A stretch of 64,000 nucleotides of DNA. Source: Vicinamibacteria bacterium. GTDB lineage: Bacteria; Acidobacteriota; Vicinamibacteria; Vicinamibacterales; JAENWD01. Under the pieces are notes generated by a model, which saw only the letters and a list, made by a program, of their open reading frames with translations, was not told the origin of the DNA and ran no database searches. The position numbers and the translations under genes are program-made. Position 1 is the first letter of the stretch. Each line of letters begins with the position of its first letter. Shown here piece by piece: positions 37,178 to 47,207 of this stretch. The DNA lies in assembly GCA_963800785.1 (NCBI GenBank), contig CAWDCH010000008.1, forward strand, positions 167,182 to 231,181, read 5' to 3'.

Positions 37178-38826
37178 ACCGGCGCGACTTCCTTCGCAGC
37201 AGCCTCGGCGCGACGACGGCGCCATTGTTGTCACCCACGCCATATGAAGGGCGGAGCTTTAGATCCAACTACACCCTGGGGCCCTCCAACGACGACTTCG
37301 TCGCGGAAGCGGAGCGCTTGAAACCGTCGCTGACGCGCACCGTGCACGGGCCCGCGTCGGTCGTGGAGCCAGTTGCCGATGCTGGCGCCTTTCTCCGCTG
37401 GCGCATGAACCGCTTGGCGCCTGCCGAGTCGATCGAGTCGCGGCTGTTCAAGCCGGGCGAGTCGGTGATCCTCGACTTCGGCACGCATCTCACGGGCCAC
37501 CTCGCGCTCTCGGTTCGCGGCGAGGGGCGAGGCATCGATGCGCCGGCGCGGCTGAAGCTGACGTTTGGCGAAGTGCCCGGCGAGGTTGCCGAACCATTGG
37601 ATCCTTACAAAGGCTGGCTGAGCCGGGCGTGGCTGCAGGACGAGATCATCAACGTCGACATTCTCCCCACGACACTCCAATTGCCGCGGCGGTATGCGTT
37701 CCGCTACGTCAAGCTCGATGTGGTCGCGACGTCGCCGAATTATTCGCTGCGCATCGCCGACGTGAAAGTGACCGCGCTCACGTCAGGAGCCGGTACCGTC
37801 GCGCCATTGCCCGCGTCCACTCCGGAGTCGCTGCGCGGGATCGACGAGATCAGTGTCCTGACCTTGCGCGAGTGCATGCAGACCGTCTTCGAGGACGGGC
37901 CCAAGCGCGATCGTCGCCTCTGGATTGGCGATCTCCGCCTGCAGGCGCTGGCGAACTACGTCACGATCCGCAACTTCGATCTGGTGAAGCGGTGTCTGTT
38001 GCTGTTTGCAGGTCTGCCGCGCGAGGATGGCCTCGTCTCCGCCTGCGTCTTCGAGGACCCGCATCCGCTCCGCGGCCACGAATACATCATGGACTACGCG
38101 GTGCTCTACGCCGCGGCGGTCGTCGACTACGCCGAGGCGTCCGCCGACTGGGATACTGCCATCGCCCTCTGGCCGACGGTCAAGCGGCAGATAGAGCTCG
38201 TCACGAAGTACGTCTCCACGGACGGCGTATTTGCCGACCCGGGCGGATGGTGGATCTTCATCGACTGGAGCGAACCGCTCGAGCGCACGGCGGCAATGCA
38301 CGGCGTGCTGCTGTATTCGTTGCGGTATGCGCTGAAGCTGGCACAGCGAGTGAAGGCACCCGAGCAGGCCGATTACGAGCGGCTGATCGACAAGATGACG
38401 GTCGGCGGTCACCGTGACTTCTACGATGCGTCGCAGCAAGTATTCGTCAGCGGTCCGAAGCGGCAGGTCTCGTGGGCGACGCAGGCGTGGATGGCGCTGT
38501 CCGGTGTCGCCTCGCGCGACGAAGCCGCTCGCGCTCTTGTGGCGGTGAAGAGCGTCCAGAACGCCGTGCGTCCCGGCGCGCCCTACCTTTATCACTACGT
38601 CGCCGACGCCATGATCCACTGCGGTCTCCACTCGGAGGCGCTCGAGCTGGTCGACTGGTACTGGGGCGGAATGGTGAAGGCCGGGGCGGACACGTTCTGG
38701 GAGGTGTACGACCCATCGAATCCCACGCTCTCGCCGTACGGCAACGTTCTTACGAACAGCTACTGCCACGCCTGGAGCTGCACGCCGTCATATCTGCTGC
38801 GCCAAGAGGCGGCCTCGCGACGCTGA
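37174..38826 (+). CDS. Alpha-L-rhamnosidase-like glycoside hydrolase (GH78), Tat-exported
   Basis: MNRRDFL, LDFG, AFRYV, EDGPKRDRRLWIGD, TFWE, SYCHAWS; ATGA overlap with the ROK gene. Confidence 0.9.
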   Translation: MNRRDFLRSSLGATTAPLLSPTPYEGRSFRSNYTLGPSNDDFVAEAERLKPSLTRTVHGPASVVEPVADAGAFLRWRMNRLAPAESIESRLFKPGESVILDFGTHLTGHLALSVRGEGRGIDAPARLKLTFGEVPGEVAEPLDPYKGWLSRAWLQDEIINVDILPTTLQLPRRYAFRYVKLDVVATSPNYSLRIADVKVTALTSGAGTVAPLPASTPESLRGIDEISVLTLRECMQTVFEDGPKRDRRLWIGDLRLQALANYVTIRNFDLVKRCLLLFAGLPREDGLVSACVFEDPHPLRGHEYIMDYAVLYAAAVVDYAEASADWDTAIALWPTVKRQIELVTKYVSTDGVFADPGGWWIFIDWSEPLERTAAMHGVLLYSLRYALKLAQRVKAPEQADYERLIDKMTVGGHRDFYDASQQVFVSGPKRQVSWATQAWMALSGVASRDEAARALVAVKSVQNAVRPGAPYLYHYVADAMIHCGLHSEALELVDWYWGGMVKAGADTFWEVYDPSNPTLSPYGNVLTNSYCHAWSCTPSYLLRQEAASRR

Positions 38827-38855
38827 AAGCCTGTGATGCTGTGCACGGCAGGGTC

Positions 38856-39725
38856 CTACGACATCTGTCGCAGGAGCTCGATGGGCCGCTGCACCGATTG
38901 CGGCCGATCGAAGAGCGTCGCCCACAAATCGCCGACCGCGGCGACGCGCTTCTCCAGGGTCCTCAGCGTGAACGTGGCTGGGCCGACAGAGCCGCTTTCG
39001 ACCTCGTCCCAGGTGACCGGCGCCGAGACGGGTGCGCCAGGGCGCGGACGCACGGCGTAGGCCGCGGCGAACGTGGCGCTGTAGCCGTTGCGGCCGGTGT
39101 CGACCAGGAGGCGGCCCTGGCGATCGACTTTGCTGAACTCCTGCGTCAGGCGATCGGGATGTCGCTTCACGAGCAATGCGCCGGCGCGATCGGAGAAGCG
39201 GGCAGCATCGCGGTAGCTGGTGCCCGCTTCGAGCGGCACGAAGATGTGAAAGCCCTTCGACCCGGATGTTTTCACCCAGCTCGATAGTCCAAGCTCCCGA
39301 AGCAGGTCGCGAACTGCCAGCGCTGCCAATCGAAGGGCCTCAGGATCGTCTGTGGCGGGATCGAGGTCGAAGACGCACAAATCCGGATGTCGCAAATCGG
39401 GCACGCGCGACGGCCAGGCGTGCGGCGTGATGCAGTTCTGATTGGCGAGCCAGAGGAGGGAGCGCACGTCTGCGACCAGTGGGTGGTGCACGGTTCCACC
39501 CTTCTTCGGCACCTCGACACGCTCGAGCCAGTCAGGGAAGCCTTTCGCAACGTTCTTCTGGAAGAACCCCTTCGTTCCGATCCCGGACGGGTAGCGCTCC
39601 ATCGTGATCGGCCGCCCCAGGAGGTAGGGCAGCATGACCGGCGCGATGGCCTCGTAGTACGCCGCCAGATTTCCCTTCGTGATCCCATCGTCCGGGAACA
39701 GCACCTTCTCCGGATGGGTGATCAC
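38856..39725 (-). CDS. ligD: LigD polymerase (primase-like) domain protein
   Basis: ITHPEKVLFP, RYPSG, FFQK, FDLDP, KTSGSKGFH, YAVRPRPGAPVSAP. Confidence 0.93.
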   Translation of the reverse strand: MITHPEKVLFPDDGITKGNLAAYYEAIAPVMLPYLLGRPITMERYPSGIGTKGFFQKNVAKGFPDWLERVEVPKKGGTVHHPLVADVRSLLWLANQNCITPHAWPSRVPDLRHPDLCVFDLDPATDDPEALRLAALAVRDLLRELGLSSWVKTSGSKGFHIFVPLEAGTSYRDAARFSDRAGALLVKRHPDRLTQEFSKVDRQGRLLVDTGRNGYSATFAAAYAVRPRPGAPVSAPVTWDEVESGSVGPATFTLRTLEKRVAAVGDLWATLFDRPQSVQRPIELLRQMS

Positions 39726-40603
39726 GTCGTTTCCCGTACAACCTCACGCGGCGCTTTGTCCGGGCGAATGCCGAGCAGTCGCGGATGCCGCAGCTTGCCG
39801 TGCACAGTCCACTCGATGAACGCGACTTGCACGACCAGCTCGGGTCGCACCCAATGGGCGCCGAGGCGCGGCAGCCCGACCGCCTTCGTAAACGGCGGCT
39901 CCGGAATCTCGATGGCGTCGAATCGCTTCCGCAGGTCGCGCAGGAGCTTTGTATCGAAGCCGGTGCCGACCTTGCCCGCGTAGACGAGATCGTCGCTTTC
40001 GTAATACCCGACGAGGAGTGCGCCAAGCCCGACGCGACTTCGCCGTGGATCGGTGAAGCCGCCCACGACCAGTTCCTGCGACGCCTCGCACTTCATCTTC
40101 AGCCAGTGCTTCGAGCGCCGGTGCTCGTACGGCGAGTCGCGCCGCTTGGCGATGACGCCTTCCCAGCCCTCGCGGCACGCCTTGTCCCACGGCGTGTCCC
40201 CCCGCAGCAGTGAGACGCGCTCGAGCGGTGACTGCAGCGCCAGCTTTTCGAGAACCGCTCGACGCTCCTCGAGCGGGAGCGTGGTCAAAAGGCGGCCACC
40301 CTGAAACAGCACATCGAAAACGTGGTAGACGATGCGTCCGCGCGACCCCCAGACGCCGGTCGCTTCACCGTCGAGGATGACGTTCCGGCCCGGCAGGCCG
40401 ACGATCGCCGAGACGATCGTGGGATAGGCCGCGTTCTGAAGAAGCCGATTGCGAGAGTAGAGTCGCACATCGCGGCCCTGCTTGTACGCGATCAGCCGGA
40501 TGCCGTCGTACTTGCGCTCGAAGATCCACTCGGGGCCGACGAAACGTTCCTGAGTGAGCGTCGCCGCCATCGGCTCGAGCCACTCGGGGAATGGGTCAGA
40601 CAC
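39722..40603 (-). CDS. ligD: ATP-dependent DNA ligase (LigD ligase domain)
   Basis: PMAAT, ERKYDGIR, LDGE, FDVL, EGVIAK, WLKMK, GKVGTGF, LRHPR. Confidence 0.93.
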   Translation of the reverse strand: MSDPFPEWLEPMAATLTQERFVGPEWIFERKYDGIRLIAYKQGRDVRLYSRNRLLQNAAYPTIVSAIVGLPGRNVILDGEATGVWGSRGRIVYHVFDVLFQGGRLLTTLPLEERRAVLEKLALQSPLERVSLLRGDTPWDKACREGWEGVIAKRRDSPYEHRRSKHWLKMKCEASQELVVGGFTDPRRSRVGLGALLVGYYESDDLVYAGKVGTGFDTKLLRDLRKRFDAIEIPEPPFTKAVGLPRLGAHWVRPELVVQVAFIEWTVHGKLRHPRLLGIRPDKAPREVVRETT

Positions 40604-40616
40604 TTGCGAATCTTAC

Positions 40617-40797
40617 AGTGCCAAGTGCTAAGTGCTAAGTGCCAAGTGGAGTGGGAAGTGGAAAGTGAGAAGTGATTGCCAGGTCGGTCAGATCGCCGCT
40701 GGTTCGGCCAGATGGAGCTACCAGCCACCACTGACACTTTCCCACTCTTCACTCCACTTGGCACTTAGCACTTAGCACTTGGCACTGCAAGAAGTGC
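40617..40797. repeat. Inverted heptamer arrays (AAGTGC(T/C))n / ((A/G)GCACTT)n forming a long foldback
   Basis: Arms extend inward as AAGTGGAGTG.. / ..CACTCCACTT. Confidence 0.85.
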
Positions 40798-43461
40798 TTA
40801 CTGGTCCTTGAGCACGACCAGCGGATCGACGCCCATCGCTCGCCGCGTGGGGACGTAACACGCCATCATTGTCACCAGTGTGACCACGATTCCGACCGCC
40901 GCATACGTCAGCGGGTCGGTCGGGCTGATGCCGTACAGCTCGCTCGACATCAGCCGCGTTGCCGCCAGCGCGCCGGCGAAGCCGATGATGACGCCAGCGC
41001 CGCACAGCATGCTGCCTTCCTTGATCACCAGCCAGAACAGATCGCGGCGCTGCGCGCCGAGCGCGATCCGGATGCCGAGGTCGCGGCTCCGCCGCGACAC
41101 CAGGAACGACAGCACGCCGTAAACGCCGATGCTGCCCAGCACCAGTGCCAGCCCCGCCATCGTTACCAGCAGCGACGCGGTGGCGGCTGGCGCGGCGACA
41201 GCATCGGCGACGACAGTCTCCATCGTCCGGACCTCGCTGATGGCGACATCGCCGCCCGCCGAGGATCCGGCGGCGCGGCGCAGCACGCCTGTCACTTCCA
41301 CGGGATCGAGCGTCGTTCCGAGCGTCAGCGTCATGTCAGCCGGAATACGACCATCCTCCATCGTGGCGTTGGGTCCATACGGCACGTAGACGGCGCCGGC
41401 GATCCACTCGGGTACGTCCCGCGTCAGGTCGAAGGCGCGTACGTCGGTGACGACGCCCACGATCGTGTGCCAGTGTTGCTCGCCGACGAATCGGACATGG
41501 CGGCCGATCGGGTTGGTGTTCGGCCAGAACTTTCGCGCCGTCGCCGCCGGAACAATGGCGACGGCGGCACGCCCGGTAAGGTCCTCGGGTACGAACGTGC
41601 GCCCCGATACGAGACGGATGTTCATGACGCGGAAATAGTTTGTGGTGATCGTGTGTAGCCAGAAGAGCGGTTGTGTCTGGTTGCCCGGCGTCTTGAAGCC
41701 TTCGAGCTCCAGCGACCGCTTGGCCACGGCGCCGGTCAGGGGCAAAGTGTTCACCAGCGCCGCAGATGTGATGCCGGCGGTCCCCTGGAGCTGCGTTTCA
41801 AACGACCGGTAAAACGTCAGGCAGCGCTCCTGTGCCCCGCAGACAGACTCGGTCGGCGACACGCGTGCGGTCACGATGTGCCCGGGGCGGAAGCCCGGGT
41901 CGCTGTGTGACAGGCTCCAGAGGCTGCGCACGAGGAGGCCAGCGCTGATCACGAGAGGTACTGCGCAGGCAATCTGGCCGATGGTGAGCGCAGACCTCAG
42001 AGGCATCGCCACGGTGCCCCCGCCACCGCGGCCTCCGGCATCAAGCGCAGACCGCAGCTTCAAACGCAACGCACGAGCCACCGGAGCAAGACCAAAGGCG
42101 CAGCCGGTGAGCATGCCGAGCGCGCCGGTGAACGCCAGCACGCGCCAATTGAGGTGCACGTCGCCGAGGCGCGGCGTGTCGGCCGGCAGCACGAGCTTCA
42201 TGATCGCGAGCGCCTGTGTCGCGAACAGGAGACCGACGCTTGCGCCGAGCGAGGCCAGAATGACGCTTTCCGTCAGGAGCTGACGGGCGATACGTCGCGG
42301 CGCGGCGCCGATGGCGGTTCGGACCACGATCTCGCGCTCGCGCGCGATTGCCCGCGACAGGCTCAGATTCGCCACGTTGGCGCAGGCAATCACGAGGACG
42401 AGCGCGACCGCGGCGATCAGGATCAGCAGCTGTGGCCGGACGTTGCCGACGAGCGCCTCCTGCAGCGAAATGACCGACAGATTCCGATTCCAGGCATCCG
42501 GCATCCGCCACGGGAACCGCGCGCCGATCCGGGACTGGAACACCTTCATGTCCGCGAACACGCTCGGCATCGTCGCTCCGGGCCGCAGCCGCCCGACGAT
42601 GGGCATGTAGTCGCCAGCCCAGTACGACGTCGTGTTGCGGGCATCGAGCGAGAGCGGAACCCAGATCTGCGTTCGCGCAGACGGAAACTGGAACGATGCG
42701 GGCATCACCGCTGCGACCTCGCGCGAAACGCCGTCGAGCAGAATCGATCGGCCAACGATTGTCGGATCCTGGTGGAATTGATGCACCCACAGCGAATGGC
42801 TCAGGACCACATATCGATCCTGTGGCGACACATCGTCGCCGCGCCGCAGCCAGCGGCCGACCGCGGGGCGGACGCCGAGAATCGAAAAGAGCTCGGCGGA
42901 CACGCGCGTCCCGGTCAGCCGCACGGGGTCACCGCTGCCGGTCAGCGTGAACGAGTGGCCTTCCGCGTACGCGCCGAGGTCAAGGCTGTGGACTTCGTCG
43001 CGCAGCGCGGCGAAGGCGCCGTTCGGATAGGTCGCATCCTTGATGCTGACGAGCTGATCGGAAGCAGGGTAGGGAAGGCGCGAAAGCAGAATCCCATCGA
43101 CCAGGCTGAACACAGCGGTATTGGCGCCGATGCCCAGGGCCAATGTGAGCACGGCGATCATGGCAAAGCCGGGATTCCTGCGGAGGGTCCGTCCTGCGTA
43201 GCGCACGTCCTGGCGTAGTGAATCGATCAGCGCAACGCCACGCGCATCGCGGCATTGATCCTTCGCGAGATCGACGCCGCCGAAATCCCGTCGAACCATC
43301 CTCCACGACTCCGCGCGATCCACCCCGCGCGCGACGAGCGCGTCGACCTGCTGCTCGAGGTGATACTGGATCTCGTCGTCCAGCTCCTGATCCACCGCCT
43401 GCCGCCGGACGATGGAGCGCCACATGAGCGGTAGCTTGTAGATCCAATGCTCGGCGCGCAT
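40798..43461 (-). CDS. ADOP/MacB-like ABC permease with N-terminal prefix domain
   Basis: ELDDEIQYHL, QDVRYA..L, LALGIGANTAVF, IACANVANL, GIRIALGA. Confidence 0.93.
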   Translation of the reverse strand: MRAEHWIYKLPLMWRSIVRRQAVDQELDDEIQYHLEQQVDALVARGVDRAESWRMVRRDFGGVDLAKDQCRDARGVALIDSLRQDVRYAGRTLRRNPGFAMIAVLTLALGIGANTAVFSLVDGILLSRLPYPASDQLVSIKDATYPNGAFAALRDEVHSLDLGAYAEGHSFTLTGSGDPVRLTGTRVSAELFSILGVRPAVGRWLRRGDDVSPQDRYVVLSHSLWVHQFHQDPTIVGRSILLDGVSREVAAVMPASFQFPSARTQIWVPLSLDARNTTSYWAGDYMPIVGRLRPGATMPSVFADMKVFQSRIGARFPWRMPDAWNRNLSVISLQEALVGNVRPQLLILIAAVALVLVIACANVANLSLSRAIAREREIVVRTAIGAAPRRIARQLLTESVILASLGASVGLLFATQALAIMKLVLPADTPRLGDVHLNWRVLAFTGALGMLTGCAFGLAPVARALRLKLRSALDAGGRGGGGTVAMPLRSALTIGQIACAVPLVISAGLLVRSLWSLSHSDPGFRPGHIVTARVSPTESVCGAQERCLTFYRSFETQLQGTAGITSAALVNTLPLTGAVAKRSLELEGFKTPGNQTQPLFWLHTITTNYFRVMNIRLVSGRTFVPEDLTGRAAVAIVPAATARKFWPNTNPIGRHVRFVGEQHWHTIVGVVTDVRAFDLTRDVPEWIAGAVYVPYGPNATMEDGRIPADMTLTLGTTLDPVEVTGVLRRAAGSSAGGDVAISEVRTMETVVADAVAAPAATASLLVTMAGLALVLGSIGVYGVLSFLVSRRSRDLGIRIALGAQRRDLFWLVIKEGSMLCGAGVIIGFAGALAATRLMSSELYGISPTDPLTYAAVGIVVTLVTMMACYVPTRRAMGVDPLVVLKDQ

Positions 43462-43485
43462 CGCGTCCTCCTTCGATGTCGCGGC

Positions 43486-43821
43486 TTACGCTCGCTCGAG
43501 ATTGACGATTTGGCTGATCGCCCCGGAGAGGCGATTCCAGTTCTCGGCCTCGCGCTCCAGGTGGCGACGTCCGAGACGGCTGAGCGCATAGAACTTGGCG
43601 CGCCGATTGTTCTCGGTGGTCTTCCAGGTCGCGGTCACCCAGCCTTCCTGCTCGAGCTTGTGCAGGGCGGGATAGAGCGATCCGTCGCTCACCTGCAGGA
43701 CGTCGCCAGACACCTGTCTCAGGCGCTGGCTGATCGCATGCCCGTTCATTGGCTCGAGCGCGAGAATCTTCAGCAGCAGCAGATCCAGCGTGCCCTGGAC
43801 GAGGTCCTGCGGTTTGCTCAT
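43486..43821 (-). CDS. PadR family transcriptional regulator
   Basis: QGTLDLLLL, GSLYPALHKLE, ENNRRAKFY. Confidence 0.95.
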   Translation of the reverse strand: MSKPQDLVQGTLDLLLLKILALEPMNGHAISQRLRQVSGDVLQVSDGSLYPALHKLEQEGWVTATWKTTENNRRAKFYALSRLGRRHLEREAENWNRLSGAISQIVNLERA

Positions 43822-43828
43822 GGGTCTC

Positions 43829-43874
43829 CTCGGTTACCGAGCCAAGCTTACAAGTACTCCGCTCGGTTATCAAG
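43829..43874. promoter_or_regulatory. Two 13-bp palindromic boxes, candidate PadR operator
   Basis: CTCGGTTACCGAG (43829) and CTCGGTTATCAAG (43862). Confidence 0.55.
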
Positions 43875-43887
43875 GGGAGGAATTGAC

Positions 43888-43947
43888 AGGGGGTCAGGGA
43901 TCAGGGATCGGGGATCGGGGATCAGGGGTCAGGGATCAGGGATCAGG
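43888..43947. repeat. Heptamer tandem repeat (GGG(A/G)TC(A/G))n
   Basis: About 8 consecutive units. Confidence 0.9.
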
Positions 43948-43991
43948 GCGGGCGCACGGCGTGCGCCGATCTGCGCTAACGTACGCCCCAC

Positions 43992-44648
43992 ATGTCCACA
44001 CGTCGTCCGATTCCTGATGTCGAAAGCGTCGTCGCCTCTCTGACGCGCCTCGCCAGCGCACGCACGCGGGACGACATGAAACGGTATGGGCTTCCGAACG
44101 ACAAGGCCCTCGGCGTCCCGATGGCGGCCATGCTGAAGCTGGCGAAGCAGCTCGGACGCGACCACGCTCTTGCTGCGGCCCTGTGGAAGACGGGGATCTA
44201 CGACGCGCGGATGCTTGCGTCGCTCGTCGACGACCCGGATCGCGTCACACCGGCGCAGATGGACCAGTGGTGCCGCGACTTCGACAACTGGGGCATCTGC
44301 GACACGGTCTGCTTCAAACTGTTCGATCAATCGCCGCATGCGTGGCGAAAGGCCGCGGTGTGGGCCGGTCGAAAGCCGGAATTCGAAAAGCGCGCGGGCT
44401 ATGTGCTGATGGCGTGCCTGGCGCTTCATGACAAGAAAGCGCGGGACGACGCGTTTCTGCCATTCCTCGTGCTGATCGAACAGTCAGTAAAAGACAATCG
44501 CAACTTCGTCACAAAGGGCGCTGACTGGGCACTGCGCTCGATCGCGCGTCGTGGCGCCAGGCTGAACGCTGCGGCGGCGGACGTTTCGCGGCGGATGAAA
44601 ATGGCCCGCGCGACAATGCGTCGCAAATCCTCAGCGAAAGCGTCGTGA
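43992..44648 (+). CDS. DNA alkylation repair protein (AlkD-like)
   Basis: DHALAAALW, DARMLA, DFDNWGICD, NFVTKGADWALR. Confidence 0.88.
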   Translation: MSTRRPIPDVESVVASLTRLASARTRDDMKRYGLPNDKALGVPMAAMLKLAKQLGRDHALAAALWKTGIYDARMLASLVDDPDRVTPAQMDQWCRDFDNWGICDTVCFKLFDQSPHAWRKAAVWAGRKPEFEKRAGYVLMACLALHDKKARDDAFLPFLVLIEQSVKDNRNFVTKGADWALRSIARRGARLNAAAADVSRRMKMARATMRRKSSAKAS

Positions 44649-45017
44649 CGGCGCAGCTTTCGGAGTCGACGCATTCTCGGCGATTCGCGCCTTCACGATC
44701 TTCCGCACCAGCGCCGCGGGCAGCGGCCTGTCGGGCTGAAAGCGGATCGCGCCCATGCTCGTCTCGTAGCCTTCGAGGTCGTCTCTGAACGCTTTGACCG
44801 TCGAGCCGTTGAATGGATAGAGCGCGCAATGATTCCTCGTCGCGGCAAAGCCGACCAGGATGCCGTTCAGTCGAAATGCGGGCATCGAGTAGCTGATGCA
44901 CTCCTCGGCCTTCGGCGCAGCGCTCTTGATGGTTTTCCGCAGTTTTTCGAGCGCCGCGCGCTGGTCGTCGTCCACGCGGGCGAGATACTCGTCGATGGTC
45001 TTGGGTTTGGATTTCAT
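44631..45017 (-). CDS. DUF1801 / YdhG-like protein
   Basis: TIDEYL, LRKTI, ISYSMPAF, HCALYP, GAIRF. Confidence 0.88.
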   Translation of the reverse strand: MKSKPKTIDEYLARVDDDQRAALEKLRKTIKSAAPKAEECISYSMPAFRLNGILVGFAATRNHCALYPFNGSTVKAFRDDLEGYETSMGAIRFQPDRPLPAALVRKIVKARIAENASTPKAAPSRRFR

Positions 45018-45028
45018 CGAGGCATTCC

Positions 45029-45421
45029 TTACTCGGTAGGAGGCGCGCTCATCACTTGCCGGACTTCAATCGGCATGTTGAGTGGCACTCCGCCTCTGCC
45101 CGGCGCCGCGGACGCGCGCGCTGCAATCTGATACGCGCGTTCGGCCGATTCGACATCGACGATCCAGTAGCCGGCGAGAAACTCCTTCGATTCCGCGAAC
45201 GGGCCGTCGGTCACCTGCGGCGCGCCATCCTTACCGGCGCGCACGACGCGCGCCTCCGACGGCGGCGCCAGTCCTTCCGCGCCCGCCAGCACGCCCTCTC
45301 GCTGGAGGTCGCCGGCGAGCCGGATCATGAAGTCGATGTGGGCCTTCAGATCGTCGGCCGGCCAGCTCGTGACCTGCCAGTCGCCGCCTTTCGGCGCGTT
45401 CATCATCAGCATGAACTTCAT
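45029..45421 (-). CDS. YciI family protein
   Basis: TDGPFAESKEFLAGYWIVDV, IEVR. Confidence 0.92.
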   Translation of the reverse strand: MKFMLMMNAPKGGDWQVTSWPADDLKAHIDFMIRLAGDLQREGVLAGAEGLAPPSEARVVRAGKDGAPQVTDGPFAESKEFLAGYWIVDVESAERAYQIAARASAAPGRGGVPLNMPIEVRQVMSAPPTE

Positions 45422-45513
45422 CCGCAGCTCCCAGGGTTCGCGAGGCCTGTCTCATTTTGTGACACTTTCGTCGGTCGCGCCGCATCGGGGGTAGCATAAC
45501 GGCCGAGGTGGTC

Positions 45514-46050
45514 ATGTCCAGAACGCTTTGCGTCGCGCTCGTGCTCGCCGTTCTGTCGCACGCCGCCGCCATCCGGGCTCAAGCTCCGAACGTCGTCACG
45601 CGCGAGTCGACGACGAAGGCGACGGTGGACGGGATCGAAAAATCCATTCGCGTCGTGACGCTGCGGGGCGATGGCAACACGCTGCAGAGCGTCTATGTCG
45701 ATCCGTCGGTGAAGGCCTTCGACGACTTGAAGGTCGGCGACCTGGTGACCGTTCGTTACCTCGAGTCGGTCGTGGTCCGGGTTCGCCGCGACGCGAAGCT
45801 CGCCGATGTACGCGACTCCACCGACGAGGCGAAAAAGACGAACGACAGCGTCATCCAGCAGCTGCGGACAGTCGTGACCGTCGAGGACATCGATTCGCAG
45901 GGGCTGAACATCACCTACCGGACCGCGGACGGGCGAAAAATGGTGCACGTCGTGCAGGACAAGAAGCTCCTCGAGGGCGTGCGTCCTGGCGACCGCATCG
46001 AGGTGACGTTGACCCGCGAGCGTGCCATCGGCATCGAACCAGCGCGGTGA
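45514..46050 (+). CDS. Secreted hypothetical protein with two OB-fold-like repeats
   Basis: Signal peptide; LKVGDLVTVRY and VRPGDRIEVT. Confidence 0.7.
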   Translation: MSRTLCVALVLAVLSHAAAIRAQAPNVVTRESTTKATVDGIEKSIRVVTLRGDGNTLQSVYVDPSVKAFDDLKVGDLVTVRYLESVVVRVRRDAKLADVRDSTDEAKKTNDSVIQQLRTVVTVEDIDSQGLNITYRTADGRKMVHVVQDKKLLEGVRPGDRIEVTLTRERAIGIEPAR

Positions 46051-46075
46051 TCTGTCATGGAGAGGCACAGAGCAG

Positions 46076-46452
46076 ATCAGTCACGGACTGACGCGGACGT
46101 ACACGGAAGAATCAAGAATAGATCCAGAAGATCCGCGTCAATCCGTGTCTGTCCGTGACCCGACTCGCTCCGTGTGGATCCGCGACGGAGGCTTTCGGGT
46201 CACGGATTCACACAGATCAGATCAGTCACGGACTGACGCGGACGTACACGGAAGATCAAAGAATGGATCTCGACGATCCGTGTCAAATCCGTGGCCGTCC
46301 GTGACCGACTCGGTCCGTGTGGATCCGCGACGAGCGGCTTTCGGGTCACGGGTACGCACAGATCCGATCAGTCACGGACTGACGCGGAGGTAACACGGAA
46401 GATCAAAGAATGGGATCCTGAAGATCCTGTGTCAATCCGCGTCCGTCCGTGA
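46076..46452 (+). repeat. Tandem array of ~145-nt palindromic units (about 2.6 copies)
   Basis: TCACGGACTGACGCGG recurs at 46081, 46226 and 46372. Confidence 0.92.
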
Positions 46453-46542
46453 GTGCTAGTCGCACAACCGCACCAAGCACGAAACACGGCACCAACGCAC
46501 TTGCCGCACCCATCGCACCCGACAGGGATCTATAGTTAGACA

Positions 46543-47190
46543 ATGAAAACAATCGGCTTCATCGGATCAGGTCACATTGGTAGCCAGGTGGCACGACTGG
46601 CGGTATCGCATGGCTACAACGTGATGATGAGCAACTCGCGCGGGCCGGAGACGCTGTCCGACCTCGTCGCGGAGCTTGGCCCCACCGCACGTTCGACTAC
46701 GCCTGCCGAAGCCGCCAAGGCCGGCGACATCGTCGTCGTGACGGTGCCACTGAAGAACTATCGGCAGGTGCCGGTCGAGCCGCTTGCGGGAAAGATCGTC
46801 ATCGACACCAACAACTATTACCCGCAGCGCGACGGTCACTTCCCCGAGCTGGATTCAGAGTCGATGACGACCTCGGAGTTGCTGCAGGCGCATCTGCCAA
46901 CGTCGAAAGTCGTGAAGGCGTTCAATCACATCTACGCGTCGCAGATCAGCACCGACGGCCGGCCCGCCGGCACTCCGAATCGCCGCGCCCTGGTGATCGC
47001 TGGCAACGACGCAGCGGCGAAGGCGGCGGTCACGAAGCTCCTCGACGAATTCGGTTACGACACGGTCGATGCCGGACCGCTGAGCGAGAGCTGGCGCATT
47101 CAACGCGACACGCCCGGCTACGGTCCGCGGCGGAACGCGGAGGAGTTGAAGAAGGATCTTGCCGCCGCACAGCGCCCGCTGGCGACGTGA
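46543..47190 (+). CDS. NADPH-dependent F420 reductase-like dinucleotide-binding enzyme
   Basis: IGSGHIG, SNSRGPETL, DTNNYYPQRDG, VVKAFNH. Confidence 0.92.
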   Translation: MKTIGFIGSGHIGSQVARLAVSHGYNVMMSNSRGPETLSDLVAELGPTARSTTPAEAAKAGDIVVVTVPLKNYRQVPVEPLAGKIVIDTNNYYPQRDGHFPELDSESMTTSELLQAHLPTSKVVKAFNHIYASQISTDGRPAGTPNRRALVIAGNDAAAKAAVTKLLDEFGYDTVDAGPLSESWRIQRDTPGYGPRRNAEELKKDLAAAQRPLAT

Positions 47191-47207
47191 AACGCCGTCA
47201 CGTGTTC

